Positions 53,669 through 62,908 of a DNA stretch of 64,000 bases are shown in pieces. The stretch is taken from NCBI GenBank assembly GCA_963674745.2, contig CAXXDV010000001.1:2144001-2208000 (forward strand). Reading direction: 5' to 3'. This DNA is from Desulfosudaceae bacterium (GTDB taxonomy: Bacteria; Desulfobacterota; Desulfobacteria; Desulfobacterales; Desulfosudaceae). Position 1 is the stretch's first letter. Each line of letters opens with the position of its first letter. Position numbers and translations under genes: made by a program. The notes beneath the pieces were generated by a model. It had not been told where the DNA came from, ran no database searches, and saw only the letters and a program-made list of their open reading frames with translations.

Positions 53669-53788
53669 GAAAATTCTGATATGGTATGTCATGTTTTAAC
53701 TTTTGGTGATTGTAAATGGACCGGCACCATCATAAAATGTGATAACATTTTGTTTGGTAAATCATGAAGTATAAAAAGGAGCCTATTT

Positions 53789-54436
53789 ATGCGTAAATTT
53801 GTTTTGATGGCATTCTGCATGGTTTTAATCGGGCAGATCTGTTTTGCGGCTGATACCCTCGTCCTTGAGAAAGCCAGGGAGTTGATCTCCAGGCAGCAGT
53901 ATGACCTGGCCATTGCGATTCTGCAAAATTATATCCCGGAAAACCCGAATTATGCCGAAGGTTATCTTTTGATGGCACAGGCATATCACTGGAAAAAAGA
54001 GCTGTATAAATCCAAGGCGTTTTATACCCAGGCAGCCGCCCTTAATAATCAGTACCGGTTAGCAATCGTCCCTTTGCTTGATGAATTAAAAGATTGGGAA
54101 GGGATCATCGACATTGTTGAACCGGAAATGCGCACCGGTAACAAGCTGGAGCCTTCCGCTCTGGGCGCCCTGGCCACTTCCTACCGCCAACTCGAACAAA
54201 AGAAAAAAGCAGCTGAAATAGTAGAGAAATTAAGCGAAACAACTTATGCGGACCAGGATGACGAAGATTATAAAAATTATATCCTGGCCTATGCCCGCCT
54301 GTGGGATGGAGATAAAGACGGCGCCAAAGCAAAATTGAAGCTGATTAAAAACAGCGCTTACCGTCAGTACGCCCGGACGCATGAAAAGTTCAGCGTGCTG
54401 TTCCAGGATCCGGAGTTTTTGGAAATTACGCGGTGA
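53789..54436 (+). CDS. Exported TPR-repeat protein
   Basis: Signal peptide; NPNYAEGYLLMAQAY TPR-like helices. Confidence 0.7.
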   Translation: MRKFVLMAFCMVLIGQICFAADTLVLEKARELISRQQYDLAIAILQNYIPENPNYAEGYLLMAQAYHWKKELYKSKAFYTQAAALNNQYRLAIVPLLDELKDWEGIIDIVEPEMRTGNKLEPSALGALATSYRQLEQKKKAAEIVEKLSETTYADQDDEDYKNYILAYARLWDGDKDGAKAKLKLIKNSAYRQYARTHEKFSVLFQDPEFLEITR

Positions 54437-54458
54437 CGTTCAAAAAGCAGGTTATGTC

Positions 54459-55238
54459 ATGACGCTTTCCTCGTCGGAGATAGCGGAACTCAGCGCGGCC
54501 GCCAGGGTCCTTGAAAAACCGGGCTTGGCCGCTAAGATCGGTGATGTTTTCGGCGCTCCCATTGAAAAGGGCTTTGCCCTGCTGCCCCAAAAGTGGGAAC
54601 TGGTGGTTAATGAGGCCGCCAGAAAATCAATCGAAAAAGCGCTCGATGTGGCCTTGTGGACCATGGATCACGACCGGCCCGAGCCGCCGTCAAACCGGTG
54701 GCATAAGCTGGCGGTTGGAACGGCCGGAGCGGCCGGCGGGGCCTTCGGCTTGGCCTCGCTTTCCATTGAACTGCCGGTCTCGACCACAATTATGCTTCGG
54801 TCAATCGCGGATATTGCCCGGAGCCAGGGCGAAGACTTGAGATCACCGGAAGCCAGACTCCAGTGCGTTCAGGTCCTGGCACTCGGGGGCCGTTCCCAAA
54901 ACGATGATGCCGCCGAAACCGGATACTTCGCTGCCCGGGCGGCAATGGCCAGTGCTGTTTCCGAGGCCGCTCAGCATCTGGCACAGAAAGGGTTTACCGG
55001 TAAAGGGGCGCCGGCAATTGTCCGGCTTATTTCGCAGATCGCCTCACGCTTTTCCATCGTCGTTTCCGAGAAAATGGCCGCCCAGGCGGTGCCGCTGGTC
55101 GGTGCCTTTAGCGGGGCAATGATCAATACCATCTTTATCGATCATTTCCAGAACATGGGCAAAGGGCACTTTACCATCCGCCGGCTGGAGCGCTTTCATG
55201 GGCCGGAGGAAGTCAGGCGGGCTTACGCGTCTTTATAA
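54459..55238 (+). CDS. EcsC-family protein
   Basis: GAAGGAFG..ELP.STTIMLRSIADIA, QAVPLVGA..GA.IN..F. Confidence 0.8.
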   Translation: MTLSSSEIAELSAAARVLEKPGLAAKIGDVFGAPIEKGFALLPQKWELVVNEAARKSIEKALDVALWTMDHDRPEPPSNRWHKLAVGTAGAAGGAFGLASLSIELPVSTTIMLRSIADIARSQGEDLRSPEARLQCVQVLALGGRSQNDDAAETGYFAARAAMASAVSEAAQHLAQKGFTGKGAPAIVRLISQIASRFSIVVSEKMAAQAVPLVGAFSGAMINTIFIDHFQNMGKGHFTIRRLERFHGPEEVRRAYASL

Positions 55239-55269
55239 GCGTTAGCCCGGATAACCCTGGGAATTGAAA

Positions 55270-55306
55270 GGGCCCCCCCTGTGGGCGCCCACAGGGGGGG
55301 CCCTAC
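55270..55306. repeat. GTAG-type REP copy
   Basis: GGGCCCCCCCTGTGGGCGCCCACAGGGGGGGCCCTAC, related to 21919-22063. Confidence 0.7.
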
Positions 55307-55391
55307 TTGCGACAATTTGTATCCTATAAATAAATTCATCTGTGTCGAAAAATTTCATGAAATATCCGGTTCGGGGGTGAAGGGCGACAGA

Positions 55392-56204
55392 ATGAAGGTG
55401 ACAGTTCAGGGGATAGACGTGTTTGTGCGAGAGGCCGGAGAGGGGCCGTCGGTTCTGTTTCTGCATGGCAACCCGGACAGCGCCGATATCTGGGATGACG
55501 TTATCAAGCGTTTGGAAAAGCATTTCCGGTGCTTTGCCCCGGATCTCCCGGGTTTCGGACGATCCGGACCGGGGTCTGATTTCGATTGTGGATTTTCCAG
55601 TTTGGGGAAATTTACCGGTGAACTGGTGGCGGCCCTGGGGCTAGGCGATAAAATTTTTCTGGTGGCCCATGATTTTGGCGGTGCGTTTGCCATGGCCTGG
55701 GCCGCCGTGGAGCCGCAACGGGTCAAGCGGATGGCCGTTATCAACCACCCGTTTTTTGTGGGGGGATATTCCTGGCATTTTCTGGCCAGGGTCTGGCGGA
55801 CACCCTGGCTGGGTGAGTTGAGCACATGGTTCATGGACTGGCGCCTTTTTTTTTATATTGTATTGAAGCTCGGCTCGAAAAAACTGTCAGGAGAAAAGAT
55901 TCGGTCCGCCAGGGCGCAGGTGACCCCGGCCATGAAGAAAATGGTTTTGAAGTTATACCGGGCCGCGAATGCGGAAGATTTTCAGAGATGGCAGCCGGCC
56001 ATGCGCCGGGCAACCGCGTTGATCCCCACGCTTGTGCTCTGGGGAAGGCATGACCCGTTTATACCTTCATGGGTGGCCGATACATTCGGTGCAGATACGG
56101 TCCGTCGTTTCGAGACCTCAGGCCACTGGCTGCCGGCTGAAGCCCCCGAGGCGGTAGCGGACGAACTGCTGCGGTTTTTTTCCGAACCGGACATGAAAGG
56201 CTAA
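55392..56204 (+). CDS. Alpha/beta hydrolase (epoxide hydrolase/dehalogenase-like)
   Basis: LHGNP, PDLPGFG, nucleophile HDFGG, catalytic GHW. Confidence 0.88.
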   Translation: MKVTVQGIDVFVREAGEGPSVLFLHGNPDSADIWDDVIKRLEKHFRCFAPDLPGFGRSGPGSDFDCGFSSLGKFTGELVAALGLGDKIFLVAHDFGGAFAMAWAAVEPQRVKRMAVINHPFFVGGYSWHFLARVWRTPWLGELSTWFMDWRLFFYIVLKLGSKKLSGEKIRSARAQVTPAMKKMVLKLYRAANAEDFQRWQPAMRRATALIPTLVLWGRHDPFIPSWVADTFGADTVRRFETSGHWLPAEAPEAVADELLRFFSEPDMKG

Positions 56205-56278
56205 CCCGGATATTTTATGGAATATCCGGGTTAAGGGGAAGATATGAGCATTTCATCCATTAGAAGAAAAGCGATATA

Positions 56279-56316
56279 AAAAACCCGGCATCAGAAACTG
56301 ATGACGGGTTTCTTTG
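56279..56316. terminator. Bidirectional intrinsic terminator
   Basis: AAAAACCCGGCATCAG-AAA-CTGATGACGGGTTTCTTT between convergent genes. Confidence 0.7.
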
Positions 56317-56375
56317 TTATGACGCGCTTTTCAAAAAGTCACTGTTTGTAGCTGGTAATGAATCAATGCCGGCTG

Positions 56376-56741
56376 TTAATGGCCACCGCACTGATGATCG
56401 CCATCATGACCACCGGCGCAGGCATTGTCACCGGTCACCAGATTTTTATCAAGAAAGCGTTTAACCAGGGCTTCGGGCTCTTCCACCGGCGCACCGGTAA
56501 CGACTTCAATGCCGGCCTGGTTAAACAGGTCGATGGCCCGATGCCCCATGCCGCCGGCGATGACCACGTTCGCACCCTGGTCGTGCAGCCATTTTGGCAG
56601 CACACCGGGTTCATGGGGGGGCGGCAGAAGCACTTCTTTGCCGACGATCTGATTGTCTTCGACATTAATGATGGCAAATTCCTGGCAATGACCGAAGTGA
56701 AGGGTGAGTTTACCACCTGCCATTGGTATTGCAAATTTCAT
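56376..56741 (-). CDS. NifB/NifX-family (FeMo-co binding-like) protein
   Basis: HFGHCQEF, PPHEPGVLPKWL, VIAGGMG. Confidence 0.85.
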   Translation of the reverse strand: MKFAIPMAGGKLTLHFGHCQEFAIINVEDNQIVGKEVLLPPPHEPGVLPKWLHDQGANVVIAGGMGHRAIDLFNQAGIEVVTGAPVEEPEALVKRFLDKNLVTGDNACAGGHDGDHQCGGH

Positions 56742-56774
56742 AACCGATTCTCCATTTCTGACTGTTAACGTAAT

Positions 56775-57647
56775 TTAATTATTCTTTAAATTCATAAGTT
56801 CACCGATTTTTTTCCAAACCGACCGTATCGCTTCGGCGGCTGCACCGCTTGAAAAACCCACCAAAGGTTTCTGGGCGACCATGGCGGCGGTCATGTCCTT
56901 ATCATATGGAATAGCGCCGACATATGCCATATTTTTTTTCCGGGCATAGGCAATAATGGTATCCGACATTTCCGGGTTGATATCGTACTTATTAATGCAG
57001 GCCATGGCCGGTACCCTTAAAAAAGCGGCCAGTTCATTGACCCGTTTTAAATCGTGCAGACCGGACATGGTTGGTTCTGAAATGACCAGCACCGCACTGG
57101 CCCCGGTAACGGAAGAAATCACCGGGCAGCCGATCCCGGGCGGGCCATCCAGGATGATCAAATCATGCCCCTGTTGTTCGGCCAGATCTTTGGCTTCTTT
57201 CCGGAGCAGGCTTACCAGCAGCCCGGAGTTTTCTTCCGCGATGCCGAGCCGGGCATGGACCATGGGCCCGTAGTCGGTGTCGGACACAAACCACTGTCCG
57301 CACACCTGTCGGGGGAAGTCAATGGCTTTGACAGGACAGAAATAGACACAAACACCGCAACCTTCGCAGGAAATCTTATTCACCACAAAGTCTTCGCTGA
57401 TGGCATCAAAACGGCAACGCTCACGGCATTCGCCGCACTGCGTGCATCGGTCGGGATCGATTACAGCGATCCGTCCCCCTTTGAATTCTTCACGCCTTTT
57501 AATGTCCGGAGGAAGAACCAGATGCAGGTCGGCTGCGTCCACATCGGCATCAACGATGACCTTGTTTTTTGCCAGGAACGCGAAAGACGCTGTAATGCTG
57601 GTTTTTCCCGTTCCACCCTTGCCGCTTATAATGGTCAGTTCTTTCAT
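56775..57647 (-). CDS. MinD/CbiA-like P-loop ATPase with 2x4Fe-4S insert
   Basis: SGKGGTGKT, CTQCGEC, CEGCGVC, DGPPGIGCP. Confidence 0.88.
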   Translation of the reverse strand: MKELTIISGKGGTGKTSITASFAFLAKNKVIVDADVDAADLHLVLPPDIKRREEFKGGRIAVIDPDRCTQCGECRERCRFDAISEDFVVNKISCEGCGVCVYFCPVKAIDFPRQVCGQWFVSDTDYGPMVHARLGIAEENSGLLVSLLRKEAKDLAEQQGHDLIILDGPPGIGCPVISSVTGASAVLVISEPTMSGLHDLKRVNELAAFLRVPAMACINKYDINPEMSDTIIAYARKKNMAYVGAIPYDKDMTAAMVAQKPLVGFSSGAAAEAIRSVWKKIGELMNLKNN

Positions 57648-57659
57648 GAACGCTCTCGA

Positions 57660-58496
57660 TTATCCGATTGTCTGTTCAATGTCAGTCATGAGCTGCCTGA
57701 ATTGTTGTTTGATTTCAGGAATGGCCTGACTCATCAGGATCCCCCGGGAATAGTTTTCCGCGATGTCCCGCCGGTCAGGGATTTTCATTAATACGGGAAT
57801 GCCCTCGCGTTCGGCGTATTTCTCAGTTTCATCGGTCCCGGCATCGCACCGGTTGATGACGATGCCAAAGGGCAGCCCCATGAGGCGCGCGGCTTCCACG
57901 GCCAGTTTCAGGTCATTTAAACCGAACGGCGTCGGCTCCGTAACCAGCAAAACAAAATCAGAACCGGTCATGGCGGTGATGACCGGGCAGGAGGTCCCGG
58001 GCGGCGCGTCAATAATATTGATCATATGATCGTCGATCTTTTCCTTTACGCGGTCGATCAGCGGCGGTGACATGGCTTCCCCTACCCGCAGGCTGCCGTA
58101 AACCAGTTCAACGTTGCCGTTGGTTCCAATGATCAATTCACCCAGCTCCCGGCTTCCGGCGGAAATGGCTTTTTCCGGGCAGGCCATCAGGCAGCCTTCA
58201 CAACTGTGACACATTTCCGGGAATGTCAGCACGGCCTTGCCCATCTGGACAATAGCGGAAAACTGGCATATCTCGTCGCAGGCGCCGCAGCTGTTACAGC
58301 GGTCCAGATCCACTTCGGGGACCATCGTTGTTACGGTGGTCCGCTTTTCATTCTCAGGTTTTAAGAAAATATGCGCGTTAGGCTCTTCAACGTCACAATC
58401 GAGCAGCCTGACCGGTGTCTCAAGCGATATGGCCAGGTTCGTGGCCACCGTGGTTTTTCCGGTTCCGCCTTTGCCTGATGCTATGGTGATAATCAT
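57660..58496 (-). CDS. MinD/CbiA-like P-loop ATPase with 2x4Fe-4S insert
   Basis: ASGKGGTGKT, DCDVEEPN, CNSCGAC, CHSCEGC, DAPPGTSCP, TEPTPFG. Confidence 0.88.
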   Translation of the reverse strand: MIITIASGKGGTGKTTVATNLAISLETPVRLLDCDVEEPNAHIFLKPENEKRTTVTTMVPEVDLDRCNSCGACDEICQFSAIVQMGKAVLTFPEMCHSCEGCLMACPEKAISAGSRELGELIIGTNGNVELVYGSLRVGEAMSPPLIDRVKEKIDDHMINIIDAPPGTSCPVITAMTGSDFVLLVTEPTPFGLNDLKLAVEAARLMGLPFGIVINRCDAGTDETEKYAEREGIPVLMKIPDRRDIAENYSRGILMSQAIPEIKQQFRQLMTDIEQTIG

Positions 58497-58525
58497 TGAT
58501 CAGTTCCTAACAGTATGCGATACAA

Positions 58526-59161
58526 TTATTTTTTTTCGTCCAGTTCTTTAATTCTTTCTTCAACAGCCACCATCTGCTGTCTTAAATAAGCGGCCTGTTC
58601 TTTTAAGTCGGTCAGGGTTTCTGCCCTTGAAATTTCCGGTCCTGGTGACGGCGGCATTACGCCGGTCATGCCACGACCGCCGCCCATGCCCCGACCACCC
58701 CCACCGCCCATGCCGCGGCCACCGCCCATGCCGCGGCCGCAACCACCACCGCCCATGCCACGACCACCACCCATTGACCCCGGCATCTGTTGTGCAGCAG
58801 TCGGCGCCGGGCCTGATGTCCCGGCTGTTGCCGATGGCGCGGAACCGCCATGCTGCTTAAACGCTTCCAGCGCGTCTTTAACGGCTCCCGCATATCCGGT
58901 GAATACATTGATGCCGGCCGCTTCAAAAACCTGTGACGCTTTTGGGCCGCAATTGCCGGTCAAAACGGCCTGGACATCCTGATCCGCCAGAAATCCGGCG
59001 GCCTGAATCCCGGCGCCGCTGGACAATTCGGCATTGGCGTTGGCAAAAGCCTTGTAGCCCATATCGCTGGTATCCACAACAATAAAAAAAGGACACCGTC
59101 CGAATCGGGAATCGACTTCAGACTCTAAACGGTCTCCGGTTGAACTGATGGCTATTTTCAT
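58526..59161 (-). CDS. NifB/NifX-family protein (ORP-like) with Gly-rich tail
   Basis: DSRFGRCPFF, GAGIQAA, TGNCGPKA; GRGMGGG repeats; C-terminal coiled coil. Confidence 0.85.
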   Translation of the reverse strand: MKIAISSTGDRLESEVDSRFGRCPFFIVVDTSDMGYKAFANANAELSSGAGIQAAGFLADQDVQAVLTGNCGPKASQVFEAAGINVFTGYAGAVKDALEAFKQHGGSAPSATAGTSGPAPTAAQQMPGSMGGGRGMGGGGCGRGMGGGRGMGGGGGRGMGGGRGMTGVMPPSPGPEISRAETLTDLKEQAAYLRQQMVAVEERIKELDEKK

Positions 59162-59232
59162 TTCACACTCCTTGATTGTATTTTTTGATGTTTTATTTAT
59201 GATGAAAACGAATATTCAAAGAAAAAACCTGA

Positions 59233-60225
59233 TCAAAAAGTCATTTCTTCCCCAACCTTGAGGTCATGATATTTTTCGCCCAGTTCCTTTTTAAACTGTT
59301 GCAGACTCCAGTCCGAGCTGTCATGGGGTGACAAGGCGACAAATTCCGGGTTAACCGCCTTGATGGCCTCAACGGCGGATTTCACGTCCGCTTCGTTGAT
59401 ACCGTTCCAGGGCGGCCGGTCATTACCCACCAGGCTTTGCAGGTTGATGGGGCCGACCATGATTCTGCCGCCGTTAACAGGATAGTGCAACCCACCGATA
59501 ATGCCGTATATGGGGGCGTCAAACAGGGCCTTGGCCCTTTCCAGGATACGCTCAACGGTCTGGTGCCCGCAGCCGATAATGATGACGATGCCTTTGCCTT
59601 CGACATTGACGGCCAGGCTGTGCTCGCGGGTGTATCCCATCAGGTAGAGGTTCCTGGGAATGACACCGATGCTGGCCACCCCCGGTGCCAGTTTTCTTGG
59701 GGCCTTGACAACTTCCGGGACCGGTCCCGGGTTAAAGGGCGAGGCGGTAATCTTTCCCGGCGCATAGACGGGTACTTTTGGAACGGTTACGTTGCCCTGA
59801 GACAGGCTGAACATTTTGTTACGTTGCTCGTTCATCCCGCCGACATGATCCAGATGAAGGTGGCTGATAAAAAAAGCGTCGATATCCTCCGGCGAAACCC
59901 CCAGGACATTCATATTATTGAGCAAAGGAGAAGGATGCGTTTTGTTTTTATTAAATCCCACATCCATCAATATGGTTGTGTCGTCCGCTTTGACCAGGTA
60001 GGAAACCCCGGCTTCAGTTTTCAAGCGATCGTCATCGGTGTAAAAGTCAACCAGGGGTAATATGGTCAGGTTTTTGACGGTTCCGATACCCGTCATTTTT
60101 TCATTACGAACGGCTGCCAGTTCGGCGGCTACCCTTTTGTTGCCGGCATGGAGTTTGACCAGTGTCAGCAGAAAGGCAAGTCCTGCCAGGGCAATAATCG
60201 CCAGCAGTAAATATAAAACTATCAT
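59233..60225 (-). CDS. MBL-fold metallohydrolase with N-terminal TM
   Basis: SHLHLDHVGG, GCGH, GGLH. Confidence 0.85.
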   Translation of the reverse strand: MIVLYLLLAIIALAGLAFLLTLVKLHAGNKRVAAELAAVRNEKMTGIGTVKNLTILPLVDFYTDDDRLKTEAGVSYLVKADDTTILMDVGFNKNKTHPSPLLNNMNVLGVSPEDIDAFFISHLHLDHVGGMNEQRNKMFSLSQGNVTVPKVPVYAPGKITASPFNPGPVPEVVKAPRKLAPGVASIGVIPRNLYLMGYTREHSLAVNVEGKGIVIIIGCGHQTVERILERAKALFDAPIYGIIGGLHYPVNGGRIMVGPINLQSLVGNDRPPWNGINEADVKSAVEAIKAVNPEFVALSPHDSSDWSLQQFKKELGEKYHDLKVGEEMTF

Positions 60226-60237
60226 TGGACGTCTCCT

Positions 60238-60618
60238 TTACGCCAGGACTTCAGGTTTATAGCCATCAGGAAGATGGGCGCTGCCTTTGACGCAGGTCAG
60301 GCCGGTTTCCTGGTGCACTTTCTTCATGATTTCATCAATATGATCGCAGAATCCGCCGTCAGCCATGTCCCAGCCGTTGTCCGTTTTTTTGGCAAAGGTG
60401 CAGGTGCAGAAATGAATGGCGTCGGTACCTTTTGATTTCAGAATTTTGGCCAGGTTAACCGTATCGTCTCCCGGGCATCGGCAGGTAAAGACACCTGACA
60501 GGCGCGTTTGCTCATAACGCGCAAAGCCTTCTTTGGTATCGGTAAGGCAGTTTATGCAGGACGTCAGCGGGCAACGGTTTTCGTTTTTTTCACACCTGAT
60601 GATGGCAACCTTGGTCAT
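60238..60618 (-). CDS. CGGC-domain-like Cys-rich protein
   Basis: IIRC..CPLTSC, FTCRCPG, IHFCTC, FC, GSAH; ATG 60618 with SD GAGGAG. Confidence 0.75.
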   Translation of the reverse strand: MTKVAIIRCEKNENRCPLTSCINCLTDTKEGFARYEQTRLSGVFTCRCPGDDTVNLAKILKSKGTDAIHFCTCTFAKKTDNGWDMADGGFCDHIDEIMKKVHQETGLTCVKGSAHLPDGYKPEVLA

Positions 60619-60692
60619 TGCGGCTCCTCGTTTAAAAAGGTTATTAATATACGGCCTTGTTTTTAACTGCCGGGAAAGCCGCTTTTGGTTAA

Positions 60693-60850
60693 TTATGAGC
60701 ATATACTCAAAATAAAAAATAGTACCCCCCGCCTGTTCTGTCAAGGTGTATTTATAAAATAATGTCATCTTCGGGGAAGCGCTGCACCGAATTATTATGG
60801 TCATATGATCATTATTCCTCTTGACACTTTGGTATAAAAGGATTACTGTT
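60693..60850. promoter_or_regulatory. Divergent promoters with two related palindromes
   Basis: TGAGCATATACTCA (60696-60709), TGGTCATATGATCA (60798-60811); TTGACA on each strand (60739-44 minus, 60821-26 plus). Confidence 0.65.
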
Positions 60851-60881
60851 TTAGTCAAAAGACCAGAAAGGTAGCTTGACA

Positions 60882-61214
60882 ATGCCCAGAAACAAAATAC
60901 CCCGATTCGTAGCCGGTTATCCTTTAATCAGCGCTTTTGTGCCGGAAGACCGGGTGCCGGCAGGCGAAAACACCCTTTCGGTAGAAGGGATGGAGGCGAT
61001 CCGGTTGTCGGATTTTGAAAAACTCGATCAGGCCACGGCCGCCGATATCATGGGTGTTTCCAGGCAGACCTACGGACGGATACTCTCAGAAGCGAGGTCG
61101 GTTGTTTCAGAAGCATTGTTGACCGGTAAACGGCTCCGTATCGACGGCGGTGTATATGAGATGCGCGGTGGTCAGGGGCAGTGTCGCCGGAGAAGAAGGC
61201 GTGGAAGGAGGTGA
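60882..61214 (+). CDS. DUF134 family DNA-binding protein
   Basis: MPR..PR, EAIRLSD...DQ..AA..MGVSRQTYGRIL..AR. Confidence 0.88.
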   Translation: MPRNKIPRFVAGYPLISAFVPEDRVPAGENTLSVEGMEAIRLSDFEKLDQATAADIMGVSRQTYGRILSEARSVVSEALLTGKRLRIDGGVYEMRGGQGQCRRRRRRGRR

Positions 61215-61219
61215 TGAGC

Positions 61220-61459
61220 ATGCCCAGAGGAGATGGAAGCGGTCCGGAAGGCCAGGGACCGAGAACAGGCAGAGGCGCAGGCAATTGCGGTCAGAAGGAC
61301 AGGCAGCAAAAGCCGGCCGGTCGCGGCAGCGGACAAGGCCAGGGACAAGGCCAGGGACAAGGCCAGGGACAAGGCCAGGGACAAGGCCAGGGACAAGGCC
61401 AGGGACAAGGACAAGGTAAAGGACAGGGTAAAGGACAGGGACGCGGTCGCCAGCGATAA
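61220..61459 (+). CDS. DUF5320-like Gly-rich small protein with (GQ)n tail
   Basis: MPRGDGSGPEGQGPRTGRGAGNC; SD AAGGAGGTG. Confidence 0.75.
   Translation: MPRGDGSGPEGQGPRTGRGAGNCGQKDRQQKPAGRGSGQGQGQGQGQGQGQGQGQGQGQGQGQGQGKGQGKGQGRGRQR
61331..61440 (+). repeat. 12-bp coding tandem repeat GGACAAGGCCAG x6 plus degenerate copies
   Basis: Directly visible, perfect copies 61331-61402. Confidence 0.95.
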
Positions 61460-61523
61460 GCGAGTTAACTTCGCTGAGACGGTAATAAACGATATCAATA
61501 TAATAAAATATGAGGTGATAATT

Positions 61524-61838
61524 ATGCCAGGTTTTGATGGATCCGGGCCTCAGGGAATGGGGCCGATGACAGGTGGGGCGCGGGGGTATTGTAACCCTGC
61601 GGCCCCGGGATATCCGGCCGGTAATGGAATGGGCCGGGGAATGGCTTATGGCCGGGGTTTCAGAGGTGGTTTCGGCCGGGGGCGTGGTTTCCGCCGCGGC
61701 TTTGGTGGCGGCGGGTATCCGCCTGCTTATACCGGGTCGGAAGATTCGGAACTGAGCGCCTTAAAAGCACAGGCAACAGCCGTAAAAAATACGTTGGATG
61801 AAATCAACCGTCGTATTTCCGAACTGGAGAATGTGTAA
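61524..61838 (+). CDS. DUF5320-like protein
   Basis: MPGFDGSGPQGMGPMTGGARGYC, Gly/Arg-rich, C-terminal coiled coil; SD GAGGTG. Confidence 0.82.
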   Translation: MPGFDGSGPQGMGPMTGGARGYCNPAAPGYPAGNGMGRGMAYGRGFRGGFGRGRGFRRGFGGGGYPPAYTGSEDSELSALKAQATAVKNTLDEINRRISELENV

Positions 61839-61860
61839 GGGTGTCCTTCAGAATAAACAA

Positions 61861-61896
61861 AAAACCCCCTGCTGTATATGTTCAGCAGGGGGTTTT
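61861..61896. terminator. Bidirectional intrinsic terminator
   Basis: AAAACCCCCTGCTG-8-CAGCAGGGGGTTTT. Confidence 0.85.
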
Positions 61897-61911
61897 GTAT
61901 GGCTTTAAGTC

Positions 61912-62490
61912 TTACTGCCCGGTTTCGGCCAGATCGTAAAGAAATTGGTTCACCAGTTTTTCGTGATCATTGCGGCCAATCTCGCTGACCAGCTTTTCTG
62001 AAGCGGAATTAATTGCCAGCTCAATCAGTTCTGTCCGAAACGCCTTTCTGGCTTCAATAAACTGGTTGTTTATATTCTTTTTTGCGGCTTCGAGCATATA
62101 CTCACTCTGCTCCCGGGCGTTTTCAATAATTTTTTCCTTTATCTTTTCGCCCTCTTCGGCCAGTCTTGTTTTAATGGCTTGAATATGCGCATCCCCGGCG
62201 ACAACCAACTCTTCGACCCGGCGTAGTTCTGTTTCCGTTGCTTCTTTTTTCTGTGTCAACTGGTTAATTTCTTCAGAAATTGTTTCCCGTTGGCTCGTAA
62301 AAAAGTTTTTTACCGGATTTTTCAGCAACTTGACAAGGATGAGCACCAAAATGACAAAGTTGACGCACATCATAATTAAATCATAGGTTGGTCGCCAGCT
62401 CTGGCCCGCCCCTTCATTGCCGGCAAAGGCCGACTGGACGGTGAAACAAACCAGGCCCAGGGCCGTTATCGTTATTATTTTCTTTGTCAT
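61912..62490 (-). CDS. atpF: ATP synthase F0 subunit b homolog (orphan)
   Basis: VNFVILVLILVKLLKNPVKNFF..R..I, long coiled coil; N-terminal signal-like extension. Confidence 0.75.
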   Translation of the reverse strand: MTKKIITITALGLVCFTVQSAFAGNEGAGQSWRPTYDLIMMCVNFVILVLILVKLLKNPVKNFFTSQRETISEEINQLTQKKEATETELRRVEELVVAGDAHIQAIKTRLAEEGEKIKEKIIENAREQSEYMLEAAKKNINNQFIEARKAFRTELIELAINSASEKLVSEIGRNDHEKLVNQFLYDLAETGQ

Positions 62491-62908
62491 ATTAACAACC
62501 CGAAGTGATATCATTTTTCTCCCTCTCGATTCACCCGGCAGAGTCCCCAAGCCGATTTTTTGTTGTTTAATCTTTATGCTCGTGCTCAGGGGATCGGGAT
62601 CTCCTTTTTTGAAAGTAACCTACTCGTTTTAAGTTGCGCTTGTCAATAATTTTGTCAAGCATAAAAAAACGGCGAGACGGTTGGGCATGTGCTATAATTA
62701 CCCGGATTGTCGGTTTAAAACAATTTTTTCCTGAAGTCAGAAATAAGGACCCGGCAAGTGCGGGACGTTTTGTTTCTTGACAGTAGATTTGTTCAGTTGT
62801 AGAAAAATTGAAGTTTGGTGCCGGAATGATGTATTGTAACCCAGTCTCAAGCGGGATATCTCAATAACGGCTTTTGACGCGTGTGTTAACTTTAAACAAG
62901 GTATAAAA

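Noticed and set aside
61233..61523. N-terminal ARDK-repeat extension of the DUF5320-like gene
   Set aside because: Strong SD and family-typical start at 61524; the repeat is better explained as GQ in the overlapping gene
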